Notes: a model not told the origin generated them from the letters alone. 63,820 nt of DNA, filler included, from Octopus bimaculoides (GCF_001194135.2; 5 parts of 5 records of this genome joined end to end with filler, not necessarily neighbours in it), one strand, 5' to 3'. Positions 51,243 to 63,820 are shown, counted from the first letter of the whole stretch. A program made the numbers and translations.

Positions 51243-51556
51243 TGATTGGAGCCTGGTGCAATGGATTGGAGCCTGGTGCAATGGATTGGAGCCTGGTGCA
51301 ATGGATTGGAGCCTGGTGCAATNNNNNNNNNNNNNNNNNNNNNNNNNNNNNNNNNNNNNNNNNNNNNNNNNNNNNNNNNNNNNNNNNNNNNNNNNNNNNN
51401 NNNNNNNNNNNNNNNNNNNNNNNNNNNNNNNNNNNNNNATTGGAGCCTGGTGCAATGGATTGGAGCCTGGTGCAATGGATTGGAGCCTGGTGCAATGGAT
51501 TGGAGCCTGGTGCAATGGATTGGAGCCTGGTGCAATGGATTGGAGCCTGGTCCAAT
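51243..51556. repeat. 20-bp minisatellite (ggattggagcctggtgcaat)n grown from an RTE tail
   Basis: About four identical units before and about six after a 116-N gap; the unit contains the gattggagcctggtg of the RTE 3-prime UTR. Confidence 0.95.
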
Positions 51557-51811
51557 GTGCTAATGGTTCTGCCAGCTTACCACTTTTTGTTTCTGATTTC
51601 GGTACAAGGCCAGCAGTCTTGAGAAGAGAAATTAATCAATTACATCAACCCCTGTACTTGATACCTTATTCGTTTACGACCCCTAGAAGGGTCAGAGGCA
51701 AGACATGAACCCAGAAGTCAAAGAGTTGGAACAGATACTGCAAAGCATTCTTTTTGGACACTCTCGCAATGATTCTTGCAACCCCCCTAACTCCTGTTTT
51801 CTCTTTTGCAG

Positions 51812-51944
51812 GCCCTTGTGTTGTGTTTCCGACTACATTTCACCAAAGACAGTACAACCATAAATACTGCTGCAGCCACCATCAAACAACTGGTCAACGT
51901 TGTGTTTGAAAGAGTGGTCATTGAGGATAACCAGTCTACCAAAG
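51812..51944 (+). CDS. MON2: MON2 internal exon
   Basis: ttttctcttttgcag|GCC CTT...ACC AAA G|gtaatt, 133 nt. [39 protein letters not shown] matches the recalled MON2 segment [39 protein letters not shown]. Confidence 0.93.
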
Positions 51945-54557
51945 GTAATTATCTTTTGTACTTTACTCATTTACTTGTTTTAGCCATTTGACTGTGGCCA
52001 TGCTGGAGCACCTTTGATTTTTTCTTTTCTTTTTCTTTCTTGTAAAGTTTGGTACTTATTCTGTCAGTTTCTTTTGCCAAACTGCTAAGTTGAAGGGGAG
52101 GTAAACAATCCAATATTGGGTTTCAAGCTAGGTGACACACACACACACACACACACACATACAAATACAACTCAAACGCACACACACACACATACATGGT
52201 TGGAAAGCAAGGTTTTTAATCACACAACCACACCCATGCCTATTATTTTCTCCTTTTGTTGCTGCTGCTGCTGGTGAGTGAAACAATCGATGTTGGTAAC
52301 ACAACACATACCACCCAGAACACTCTGTAAAGTGGATGGCAAATGAAGAGAGAATGCATAGGGTTCTGGGATCCCTTTATTCAACCTTTTTAATGTTGGT
52401 ACCAAAACAAGCAGAAAAAATGCATCCAGTACACTCTAATGTGGTTGGCAATAGAAAGACCATCCAACCATTGAAACAGAGGTAAATGGCATCTTATTCT
52501 AATAGCTGGGAAAAAAAAGGGGCAGCCAGCATCTGTGGCCCTTTTCAGAGTCTCTGGGATTGGTGGGAGGAAGAAAGGAAGTTTTTTTTATCAGAGTTGG
52601 GGGACATGGGCCAGATACTTGCAACACAGAGTTTAAATCTGTGATGGATCTTGTCTACTATTAAAAGACATCAATGACTCCTATGATGGGCTTCCACACA
52701 GTTTCCACCCACATAGTTTTGTTCAGAAGACTTTGGTTAAACCATGGTTGTGGTAGAAAACATTTAGCTAGGGTGCTGTCACAAACTGGGCTCAAACCGA
52801 AAGCTGTTCAATTGTAAAGTGATATTCTTAATCATATAAAAGTACTGGCCATACCTGCGTCTATAGATGGTGGATAATATTACAGGTATGGGTGTGGTGT
52901 GGCTCTATGTACAGGTGTGGTTTTAGGTGCAGACGTGGGTTTAGGTGTAGGCATTACTAGGTGCAGATGTGGTTGTTGATGTAGGTGTGACTATGGGTGC
53001 CCATGTGAAAAAAGGCACAGGTGTGGTTGTCTGGTTAAACCTGTCATTATGTGCTTCATTTGTGATCCTACTGCTTGGCATCGCGAGAAAAGTGTCCGCC
53101 ACTTTATCTCAGGTGAATAATACCATGGAAGAATATGACAGAGGGGAAATTGTACAGAAGCCTGTTGTTTGCATACACACTTCCACATATATTTATTTAC
53201 ATATACGTGTGTTTTGTTATCATCATCATCATTGTCATGATCATTTTTATGTCTGCTTTCCATGCTGGCATGAGTTGGTGGGGTCATTATGGTTTGAGTC
53301 GTTTCTTATTGGCGGGGGCCACTACTCCCATAGAGCGGTGCTGATATGTGTTGCTTGATTTTGTTTCTATGGCTGGATGCTCTTCCTGCTGCCAACCCAT
53401 ACTACTGAGCGTTTAGGGTGCAGTTTATTTTGTGTCACCAACACTAGAGGGGTTGAATACAGTGGCCCTAGAATCCTATGCATTTTCTGTTCATTTGACA
53501 ACCACTTTACAGAGCATACAGGGTGTATGTTGTGTCACCTATCAACAGCAACAGCCATAACGACTCGTTCTAATAACTGACACAAGGCCACAAGCCAGCC
53601 TCTACATGGACACTTGTTCTGTTAGAAGTAGCAGTCAAATTTTCCTCAGAATCCACCCTGTCGTCTTAATAAAACGGATACACTAAGGCGTCGAGCTGGC
53701 AGAAGTGTTAGGATGCCAAGTAAAATGCTTGGCGGGATTTCAAATTGTCGCAGCAACAGCAGCAGCAGCGACAAAAGGAGAAAATAGTAGGCATGGGTGT
53801 GGTTGTGTGGTTAAGAACCTTGTTTCCCAACCATATACGTGTGTGTGTGTGTGTGTGTAGTGGTATTTCAAATTCTGCTGAGGTTGACTTTGCCTTTCAT
53901 CCTTTCGGGGGTCGATAAATTAAGTACCAGTTACATACTGGGTCGATCTAATCGACTGGACCCTCCCCAAAAATTTCGGGCCTTGTGCCTTTAGTAGAAA
54001 AGAAAAGAATAAAAAGGAGACACTGGAAAATGTAGTTATCTGGCACACATACTCATTACCTATTCTTACAAAAAAACCAAAAAAAAAAAACCAAAACGAT
54101 GGGATTGTCATGGCTGGAACCATTTTCATCATAGGTTTGCAGAGTCTGGCCTGATGTGAAGCTAATCACAAATAGCTGTTACTATAGAGACTTATTAAGA
54201 TTTTATTTTTGTTAGAAAATTGCCATCAAAGTTAATGTACAGGGTGTGTCTTATAAATACCTGATAAACTGGGTCATGGAAGGGGATGGAGAGATTTGCG
54301 TATAAACATACAGCAGGCTGCTGCATTATTTAATAGTCAACAACACACGCACAATTATATATGCATGCACAAATATATATGAGTGTATGTATGTGTGTGT
54401 GTGTGCGTATACATATATATACACACTCACACACACATGCACATGAAGCTCAAACTTCACTGTGTGATTAAAAAGCTAGCTCCCTAATTGTGTGGTATTT
54501 GGTTTTGTCCTGTTGTGTGGCCCCATGGGCAAGTGTCTTCTAATATTTCTTTGGCTG

Positions 54558-54770
54558 AAGGTGGTGAGCTGGCAGAAACGTTAGTACGCCAGGTTAAGTG
54601 TTTAGCGGTATTTCATCTGTCTTTATGTTCTGAGTTCAAATTCCGCCGAGGTCGACTTTGCCTTTCATCCTTTCGGAGTCGATAAATTAAGTACCAGTTG
54701 CATACTGGGGTTAGTCTAATCGACTCGACCCCTCCCCCAGAATTTTGGGCCTTATACCTTTAGTAGAAAA
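54558..54770 (+). mobile_element. tRNA-derived SINE family B, reference full-length copy
   Basis: ggtggtgagctggcagaaacgttag...gagttcaaattcc (B box) gccgaggtcgactttgcctttcatcc...gataaattaagtaccag...ggccttatacctttagtagaaa. Copies at 34133-34300, 36380-36500, 38140-38300, 40900-41090, 50030-50160, 53680-54010. Confidence 0.88.
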
Positions 54771-55826
54771 CAATATTCCTTTAGCTGATCTGAGCCTTAC
54801 AAGTGGAATTGGCAGGTTTTTTTTTTTTCCCTAACCTGTCTTGATATGGAAAAATATCTCACTTGGAACAGGTGGGGNNNNNNNNNNNNNNNNNNNNNNN
54901 NNNNNNNNNNNNNNNNNNNNNNNNNNNNNNNNNNNNNNNNNNNNNNNNNNNNNNNNNNNNNNNNNNNNNNNNNNNNATGTGGCTCAGTGGTTAGGGTATT
55001 CATCTTGTGATTGTAGGGTCATGAGTTCAATTCCTGGTGGTGCATTATTTTTTTGAGCAAGACACTTTATTTCACTTTGCCTTCCTATAGAGAAGATGCA
55101 AAAAATTTTTCACTCTCTAACTAGCGTTCAAAATAATTTTTCTATCGTCTTGGCCTAACAGCCCTTACCGTTTGTTCTCACTGTTCCGTCTTGTTTTTAC
55201 TGTCTTGTTCTGACTGTCTTGTTCTTGTTTACATTTTCACCCTCTGCAAAAATTTCCAAATTTTAATTAATTTGCTTGCGGGAAGGACTGCTCCAACGAA
55301 GTCGCGTATTGTCCTTGCCTTCGAAACGCGCAGTAGATAGAGCAGGGACAACTGAAGAAGGGAAATATTCTTTATGTTGCATGTCTTGTTCTCTTTTTTT
55401 TCTTTTGCGTTGTTCGAAAAGAAGTTCGTTTTCTGTCTTCGTCTTTGTTTTCGCCGTTGCCAGTACCGCCTGACTGGCCTTCGTGCAGGTGACACGTAAA
55501 AGCACCCACTACACTCTCTGAGTGGTTGGCGTTAGGAAGGGCATCCAGCTGTAGAAACTCTGCTAAATCAGATTGGAGCCTGGTGTAGCCATCTGGTTTC
55601 ACCAGTCCTCAGTCAAATCGTCCAACCCATGCTAGCATGGAAAGCGGACGTTAAACGATGATGATGATGATGATGATGATGTTTCTCATTGCGTTTAACG
55701 TTTCTTGTGATGTCCTGTACCCATATATGGATGTATGTATACATATAGATGTCGGTATGTACATATATGTATGGATATATGCATATAATTATATATTATT
55801 TATGTTTATATATGTATATATGTATG

Positions 55827-55926
55827 NNNNNNNNNNNNNNNNNNNNNNNNNNNNNNNNNNNNNNNNNNNNTTAATTAATTAANNNNNNNNNNNNNNNNNN
55901 NNNNNNNNNNNNNNNNNNNNNNNNNN
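55827..55926. other. Artificial 100-bp contig linker
   Basis: 44 N + TTAATTAATTAA (55871-55882) + 44 N. Confidence 0.95.
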
Positions 55927-57189
55927 AAGACGGTGCCCCAGCATGGTCGAAGTCTAATGACTGAAACAAAGAAAAAAATGATATAAATTGCTTTATGCCC
56001 CAACTTATATTTTCAAAATCGATTATAAAAATGCCTACTGGGAAATACGTACAAGGTATACATTGATTTGTTCTAGCTTAGATGTTGGGCATTGCTTATT
56101 TATCCCTTTGGGTTTTTTTATGACATCTAGGACTCATAAGACCGGAATTTAACCCCGGTTTCTTTGGTATATAAGTAAATAACATTACAGCCCAGTCCTA
56201 AATGGGATACCGGTCCCTCAGCTATTGGTGGTACTCATTTACAGCTGAACGGACTGAAGCAATGTAAAATGAAGTGTATTATTCAAGAGTACAACGCACT
56301 GCCCGGTCTGGGAGTAGACACCACTATCATGCGATTGTGAGCATAACACCCTAACCACAAGGCCATGCATCTTCACTAGATCCTGGCTGTTGCATTTCAC
56401 ATATATAAATCTGCGAATATATTTTGAAAGTAGCTGTCATGTTTTAATGCAAGTTTAACAGGGTTATGTTAAAATGATCTGTTATCTTCTGGTATACGTA
56501 TATGATCATGCAATGTAATTATTGGGAGATTTCAACAACAGATTATTTTATATTTAATGGATACAAGCATATTTCATGCTTGGAACACTAAATATCTAAA
56601 GTAAGTTTAATCTATTATTTATCATGCAGACGCCAATACAAATCTTCGAACATTTCTTTTATCTACACCAACATACAGACATTTCCGTTTATTTATTTAA
56701 CAATATGACTATTAATGTTTCTTTGTTAGTCAGAACATGGCTAGAAATTTATTGAAAATTTCTAACATGAGTGAAACTTTCTCACAGTTGTCACCCGTAT
56801 TTGCCAATCAAACACTTTAACTAATAGTTTTTCTTCCATTACATTAATTTTTTGCTTTGGTTATTTACTGTTCTAAACATTAAATATACTTTTCATTTAT
56901 TTTAATATTCTTATCACACTGATGGCACTTTAGAATTATTTAACATCATTTGATCTCCATGATCCTGTCAGCAATTAATAAATAGTTTTGCATGAAACCT
57001 GTAATTCTCGTTTGTTGGAGTTTTTAGTTTTCAGAATCTAGAAGCTCGTGGAAAATAAGGTTTCTTTTCTTTTCGCCAATAACTTTAACTTGCCAGTTTG
57101 TTGTTACAATGGCTAAAAATACAATGTCATTATTTAGATATTTATCGTTGGGGTGGCCAATTATTCAGATTCTCTCTTAGTCTCGGTTA

Positions 57190-57450
57190 CTCCCGCTAAA
57201 TCAGATATTCACTCAGCATGGTTGTAAGTCCTGCTGTATGACTGCTCCCAGATCAAGCTCATATCCACCAAGTCCTGTTCCATAGTCTTCAACCAAACCT
57301 TGACAATTTTGCCTCGCCTCTTAACGGATTCCTCTTGGGAGAGTGGTTCATAAGTCCCTTCTTGGACATGCGTAGCACACAACAGTAATTTTTACTGTCT
57401 CATGCTGATGGTATCTTGTAGGTTACTCAGTCAGGCCCTTTATATGACCT
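57190..57450 (-). mobile_element. Old RTE-like LINE C-terminal remnant
   Basis: Reverse strand reads about KRRGKIVKVWLKTMEQDLVDMSLIWEQ, resembling the RTE GKRRRGRP..TW..TVE.DL..MGL.W motif. Confidence 0.45.
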
Positions 57451-58905
57451 TTCCTCCGTGATGAGGTCTTGCCAAGAAATTCTTAACAAGCTGCAAAAAC
57501 TACGTCAGTGGAACACAGTAAACTCGATTATAATATTACTAATTATACTTTGTTCTTTTAGGTAACAATTCTTACATCAGAAACCTAACAAAACCAAATA
57601 TATCTTATATATTTCTGAAATGATTTGTAATATTCTTCTCTGTTTGCTCAAGCGAAAAATTATTCCTGATTTATGCTAAGATCTTCTGCAGTTTCATATC
57701 GAATGTAGGTTTGAACGAGAAAGTATTTGTGTTAGGTTTTCATCTTAGTATTTGAGCTTTATTCATTTTTCAGAGTACAATTTCTTTTCTGTTACCACTT
57801 TTATTATGAGGTTTTGTTATAGAAATATGTAATATTGTTGAGTATTATTTTTTTGTTTTGCTAACTGATATACTCACTACTGTTTTGTATTCATCAAAAA
57901 CTAGCTTATGTCCGCAGAGCAATTATATGCAAAAGATAACACAGATATATCTTAGGTCAATCTCGGTGATTCGTGTATCTGTGGATTATGTTTCTAGAGT
58001 CGCTGAAGAAACAATACAAATAAATAATGTAGTCCTTTGATCAAAGATGAGTTTGATCAAGTCTGAACAAATGCAGAAGAAACAATATAGGTCAAGTAGC
58101 AGAATTTAGCTGAATTAATTGATCATCATAATGCAGTAATACAAAGATTAAAATCTTTAAATATTGTTGCAAAAAATATTATGCTGAGAATTATAGATCA
58201 AAAATGATGTATAATTAATTATAAATACTAGCAAGGTCCGTGGAGATTCTATGTTTATAAATGTTGTAGCTTTATATTTTGTTGCATAAATTTATAAATC
58301 TTCAAATCATTGATTTATTATGCTAGAAGCACGGAGTTGGTCTTTGATTTCGTTCCATAGTTAAGCCTAACACTGAGATTTAGCCGATGAGGCTCTTGTC
58401 AAACAATGAAATGCAGGCTTAGGCTTATAATCTGCTGAATTCTGATGCTGCGGTTTCTAAGCAAGATCTGTAAGCCATTTCTTCTGGAAAACTGGTTTGA
58501 AACTCAAAGAATTGATGAAAGCCACTAGTGAGGCACACATGTTATCTGAGACCAGCTTAAGGTGGCTGTGGGACAATAGTCTGGAGTTGGAAACCTTCTC
58601 TAGGCGAAGGCTATTTCAGTTCTTTCTTTCTTGCCCCACTTAGGCGAAGGGCATAGATTAGGGGGTTAAACGTTTGACCCTAAAACATCTGTTGAAGATG
58701 CAGAAGTGTTTCTGACAATGCGATAACTTTAATTAGCATCTGGAGAAGAGCATGCAATATATCTAAATAGCTCTTTTAACTTATAAGTGAGGCAAGGCGT
58801 ATTAAATATCTATTTTGCATTTGTTTTATTTCACCTGTAATGTCTGTATTAAGTGTCTGTGCTGGAAGAAGGGGAGAGAGAGAGAGAGAGGGGGGGGGAA
58901 AGAAC

Positions 58906-58947
<42 letters not shown>

Positions 58948-59674
58948 GTTCACGTGTGCGTGTGCGTATATGCGTGCGTGTTTTATGCAACTCTCGAAAA
59001 ACATTTTGTCGGCTTTCTCTGTCTGCTACGAATACTTAAATGAAAGTCTCTGTTGTGTAACATTTTCAAATGGAAATCAGGAATCCCATTCAATCGTCCA
59101 ACATTACGTAACTGCCGATAGGCATTGTTGGGATAGATTTTTATATCAAGGGAAATTTATGATATTACTGACAACTATATATCAAATATGCTATCAAAAA
59201 TTCTCTTAATATCGCTTGCCTTTTCTACTATTCGCAACGAAAAAGAGATTTTATGCCTAATGTAGATTATATTTCATGCGGCAGATCAATATGTTTTGGA
59301 GTTCATTTGTGTCACTTGACCTATTACTTCTTCAAACAGCACAATATAATATCGGTTCTTACTGATTCTCTGTTCTAGAAGCTATAAATTTTGTAAAACT
59401 ACAATATTTTCGTAATAAATATTACGATCGAATTCCTCACTGGAAAACCAACAAAACGTGACAAATCGGTAAAGAACAACAATAGAAATATTTTGTAGAT
59501 ATGGAGATATGAGTTCATTCCACACCTGGCCCCACTCAATATCTATTTCTTTTTTTATTTAATGTTTGATTTCGAGTTCTCATAATATGTTTGTGTATGC
59601 GTGTACACAAACACACAGTGACGTAAACACACTAACAGCACTTGTCAAATGGTGGTGATGGGACAAACACAAAG

Positions 59675-59723
<49 letters not shown>

Positions 59724-59970
59724 CATACGTCGAGCTTCTTTCAGTTTGCGTTGCCAAATCCATTTCCAAGGTTTGACCGGCCAGAGGCCATAGTTGAAGA
59801 CACTTGTATAAGATTCCACGTTGCGGGACTGAATCCTGAACCATGTGTTTGGGAAGCAAGCTTCTTACCACTCAGCCACGCTTGCGCCTATTAAAAAATA
59901 TGTTAAAATATTTTGTGCATTGTAGAAGTATAACCAATTTATTGCACATAAATTTTAAGAACAAAATCTT

Positions 59971-60072
59971 ATATGGACCCCCGAGGGCCATATGGACCCT
60001 CGAGGGCCATATGGACCCCCAAGGACCATATGGATCCCTAAGGGCCACATGAACCCCGGTTGAGAATCACTG
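59971..60072. mobile_element. hAT-type transposon end with four 19-bp subterminal repeats
   Basis: atatggacccccgagggcc-like units at 59971, 59990, 60009, 60028, then aaccccggttgagaatcactg, the reverse complement of a CAGTG.TTCTCAACC terminus. Confidence 0.65.
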
Positions 60073-61397
60073 GTTTAGTGGTTTGTGTACTTGTGCTAAA
60101 TTCATTTGTAGCAGGTGGCGGTTACGTCTCTTTCGTTTAATAGTTTCAACTGTAGAACAGTATTCAACGTAATATGATTTGAATCTTGTGGGCGATTTTG
60201 CCCACTTTTGAACATCTTCTGCAGCGTTTATGAATATATTGGGTTCGTAGATAAATTCAATCGTCTCTCAACCCATCATTTATTTTAATACTTTCTAATA
60301 TCGTTTGAATTAGCACGAAACATATTTCTTTTCTAACTCTGTCCTTTCTCTGCTACTTTTGCTTGTCCTTTATGAAAATTTGAATAGGCGCTAGCACGGC
60401 TGTGTGGTACAAAGCTTGCTTCCCAATCACATGGTTCCAGGTTCAGTCCCACTGCATGACACCTCCAGCAAGTGTCTTCTACTATAACCTCGGGCCGATC
60501 AAAACTTTGTGAGTGGATTTGGTAGCCTGAAATTGAAAGATGCACGTTGTATATGTGTGTGTGTGCGCATATGTTTGTCTTTGTGTCTGTGTCCCTCCCC
60601 TACCAACACCGCTTGACAACTGGTGTTGGTGAGTTTATGACCCCGTAACTTAGCGGTTCGGCGAAAGACGGATAGAATAAGTAGCAAGCTTAGAAAAAGA
60701 ATAAGTTCTTGGTGCGATTCAGTCGACTAAACTGTCTTCAAGGCGGTGACCTAGCATGGCTGCGGTCTAATGACTACAACAAGTTAAAGGTAAAAGATTA
60801 ATATTACCTGCTTTTTGACATTTGACAATGGATTGATTGCCAAGTAGAAAGTAAACGAACGAAATTTTGAGAACCCAATACTTAAATCTTAACATCTTTT
60901 ACACACATACGCACGCAAGCATACACACACACACATCGTTATGTATAGAAATATATTCTTCGAAAACTCCTTTTATGAATGACCACCATAATGTGAAAGC
61001 AAGGAGTTGAAAACTAGAGTTTTTTTTTTTAGACACTTCCAACCTTAAGAAATTGTCTCAAACAGGTCTCAAACAGATGACTTATAAATACAAAGTATCG
61101 GTGGCGATCAAACTCGCAATGATGTGTTACGACAGAATTCATTATTAAGTTCAAACACGTGAGTGAGAAAAACTCCACCCAATCATTTGTACAAACAAAA
61201 GAGATCGAAGAATACTGCATAATTTGGTGTAGATAAATGAGAAGGTTCAGGACTGAAAGTTCGAGTCTGCTACCGAAACATCATTTAATCTATTGTGGCC
61301 TAAACTGTGCCGGTGTTCTTCTGAGCATTTAAACATACTAATCAAATTATACGTATTTTAAATTTTTTAAAATTTTAAATGTATATATATATATATA

Positions 61398-61497
61398 NNN
61401 NNNNNNNNNNNNNNNNNNNNNNNNNNNNNNNNNNNNNNNNNTTAATTAATTAANNNNNNNNNNNNNNNNNNNNNNNNNNNNNNNNNNNNNNNNNNNN
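61398..61497. other. Artificial 100-bp contig linker
   Basis: 44 N + TTAATTAATTAA (61442-61453) + 44 N. Confidence 0.95.
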
Positions 61498-63820
61498 CTA
61501 CGTACGGGCGTGCGCGCGCACGTACGCACGTATATATCTACGTAAGGGAGTGCGCGCGCACCTACGCACGTATATATCTACGTACGGGCGTGCGCGCGCA
61601 CGTACGCACGTATATATCTACGTACGGGCGTGGGCGCGCACGTAAGCACGTATATATCTACGTACGGGCGTGGGCGCGTGCGTATGCACGTATATATCTA
61701 CGTACGGGCGTGCGCGCGCACGTAAGCACATATCTATCTACGTACAGGCGTGCGCGCGCAGTACGCACATATATATCTACGTACGGGCGTGCGTGCGTAC
61801 GTACATATATATCTACGTACGGGCGTGCGCGCGCACGTACGTACATATATATATCTACGTACGGGCGTGCACGCGCACGTACGTACATATATATCTACGT
61901 ACGGGCTTGCGCGTGCACGTACGTACATATGTATCTACGTACGGGCGTGCGCGCGTACGTACGTACATATATACCTACGTACAGGCGTGCGCGCGTACGT
62001 ACGTACATATATATCTAAGTACGGGCGTGCGCGCGTACGTACATATATATCTACGTACGGGCGTGCGCGCGTACGCACGTACATATATATCCACGTACGG
62101 GCGTGCGAGCGTACGTACGTACATATATATCTACGTACGGGCGTGCGCGCGTACGTACGTACATATATATCTACGTACGGGCGTGCGCGCGTACGTACGT
62201 ACATATATATCTACGTACGGGCGTGCGCGCGTGCGTACGTACGNNNNNNNNNNNNNNNNNNNNNNNNNNNNNNNNNNNNNNNNNNNNNNNNNNNNNNNNN
62301 NNNNNNNNNNNNNNNNNNNNNNNNNNNNNNNNNNNNNNNNNNNNNNNNNNNNNNNNNNNNNNNNNNNNNNNNNNNNNNNNNNNNNNNNNNNNNNNNNNNN
62401 NNNNNNNNNNNNNNNNNNNNNNNNNNNNNNNNNNNNNNNNNNNNNNNNNNNNNNNNNNNNNNNNNNNNNNNNNNNNNNNNNNNNNNNNNNNNNNNNNNNN
62501 NNNNNNNNNNNNNNNNNNNNNNNNNNNNNNNNNNNNNNNNNNNNNNNNNNNNNNNNNNNNNNNNNNNNNNNNNNNNNNNNNNNNNNNNNNNNNNNNNNNN
62601 NNNNNNNNNNNNNNNNNNNNNNNNNNNNNNNNNNNNNNNNNNNNNNNNNNNNNNNNNNNNNNNNNNNNNNNNNNNNNNNNNNNNNNNNNNNNNNNNNNNN
62701 NNNNNNNNNNNNNNNNNNNNNNNNNNNNNNNNNNNNNNNNNNNNNNNNNNNNNNNNNNNNNNNNNNNNNNNNNNNNNNNNNNNNNNNNNNNNNNNNNNNN
62801 NNNNNNNNNNNNNNNNNNNNNNNNNNNNNNNNNNNNNNNNNNNNNNNNNNNNNNNNNNNNNNNNNNNNNNNNNNNNNNNNNNNNNNNNNNNNNNNNNNNN
62901 NNNNNNNNNNNNNNNNNNNNNNNNNNNNNNNNNNNNNNNNNNNNNNNNNNNNNNNNNNNNNNNNNNNNNNNNNNNNNNNNNNNNNNNNNNNNNNNNNNNN
63001 NNNNNNNNNNNNNNNNNNNNNNNNNNNNNNNNNNNNNNNNNNNNNNNNNNNNNNNNNNNNNNNNNNNNNNNNNNNNNNNNNNNNNNNNNNNNNNNNNNNN
63101 NNNNNNNNNNNNNNNNNNNNNNNNNNNNNNNNNNNNNNNNNNNNNNNNNNNNNNNNNNNNNNNNNNNNNNNNNNNNNNNNNNNNNNNNNNNNNNNNNNNN
63201 NNNNNNNNNNNNNNNNNNNNCGTGCGCGCGCACGTACGTACATATATATCTACGTACGGGCGTGCGCGCGCACGTACGTACATATATATCTACGTACGGG
63301 CGTGCGCGCGCACGTACGCACGTACATATCAACGTACGGGCGTGCGCGCGCACGTACGCATGTATATATCTACGTACGGGCGTGCGCGCGCACGTAAGCA
63401 CATATCTACTTACGTGCGTGCGCGCGCGGTACGCACATATATATCTAAGTACGGGCGTGCGCGCGGACGTACGTGCATATATATCTACGTACGGGCGTGC
63501 GCGTGTGCGTACGTACGTACGTATATATCTACGTACGGGCGTGAGCGCGCACGTAAGCACGTATATATTTAGGTACGGGCGTGCGCGCGCACGTACGCAC
63601 GTATATATCTACGTACGGGCGTGCGCGCGCACGTACGTACGTATATATCTACGTACGTGCGTGCGTGCGTACGTACGTACGTATATATCTACGTACGTGC
63701 GTGCGTCCGTACGTACGTGCGTGCGTACGTACGTATATATCTACGTACGTACGGGCGTGCATGCGCACGTCCGTACATTTATATCTACGTACGGGCGTGA
63801 GTTCGCACGTACGTACATAT
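61498..63820. repeat. 40-bp CpG-rich satellite filling the whole last segment
   Basis: Unit cgtgcgcgcgcacgtacgtacatatatatctacgtacggg (exact tandem at 63221-63300), with 36-42 bp variants on both sides of the gap at 62244-63220. Confidence 0.97.

Noticed and set aside
51243-51556. CRISPR-like appearance of short direct repeats (also 35007-35210, 59971-60046)
   Set aside because: Units are contiguous with no unique spacers, there are no cas genes, and the host is an animal.
53040-53112. Possible next MON2 exon ending at cag|gtgaat
   Set aside because: No frame resembles the expected …PCAKDAYxLFQ ending, and there is no good acceptor upstream.
49690-55080. Inverted SINE C copies flanking the second MON2 exon as a circRNA or editing signal
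   Set aside because: The copies are short, diverged and over 5 kb apart; at this SINE density such pairs are expected by chance.
61590-63572. 575-aa and 489-aa Arg/Tyr/Ala-rich ORFs
   Set aside because: Translation of the 40-bp satellite plus a 977-N gap; not a gene.

Overview
AT-rich, repeat-dominated animal DNA, most likely an octopus or other coleoid cephalopod (inferred from the SINE/LINE families and the extreme microsatellite load; not verifiable here). The window is not one continuous locus. Four identical 100-bp spacers (44 N + TTAATTAATTAA + 44 N) join five separate segments: 1-21380, 21481-45244, 45345-55826, 55927-61397 and 61498-63820. Two host genes are supported. One is an intact but divergent heterotrimeric G-protein gamma-like gene whose whole CDS lies in one exon (17053-17292, ending in CaaX CPLI). 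The other is two internal exons of MON2 (46057-46184, 51812-51944); the exon between them is not visible and probably lies in an N gap. The rest is decayed mobile DNA: four tRNA-type SINE families, RTE, CR1 and R4/Dong-type LINE fragments, a mariner fragment and hAT-type MITEs, plus microsatellites and several minisatellites born inside transposons. The last segment is a 40-bp CpG-rich satellite that is almost palindromic and stays in purine-pyrimidine register. Nearly all other ORFs in the supplied track are low-complexity or gap artefacts. There is no CRISPR array, rRNA or true tRNA gene. I found no convincing new multi-gene system; the best leads are the unusual G-gamma, an orphan core promoter next to it, and the satellite.
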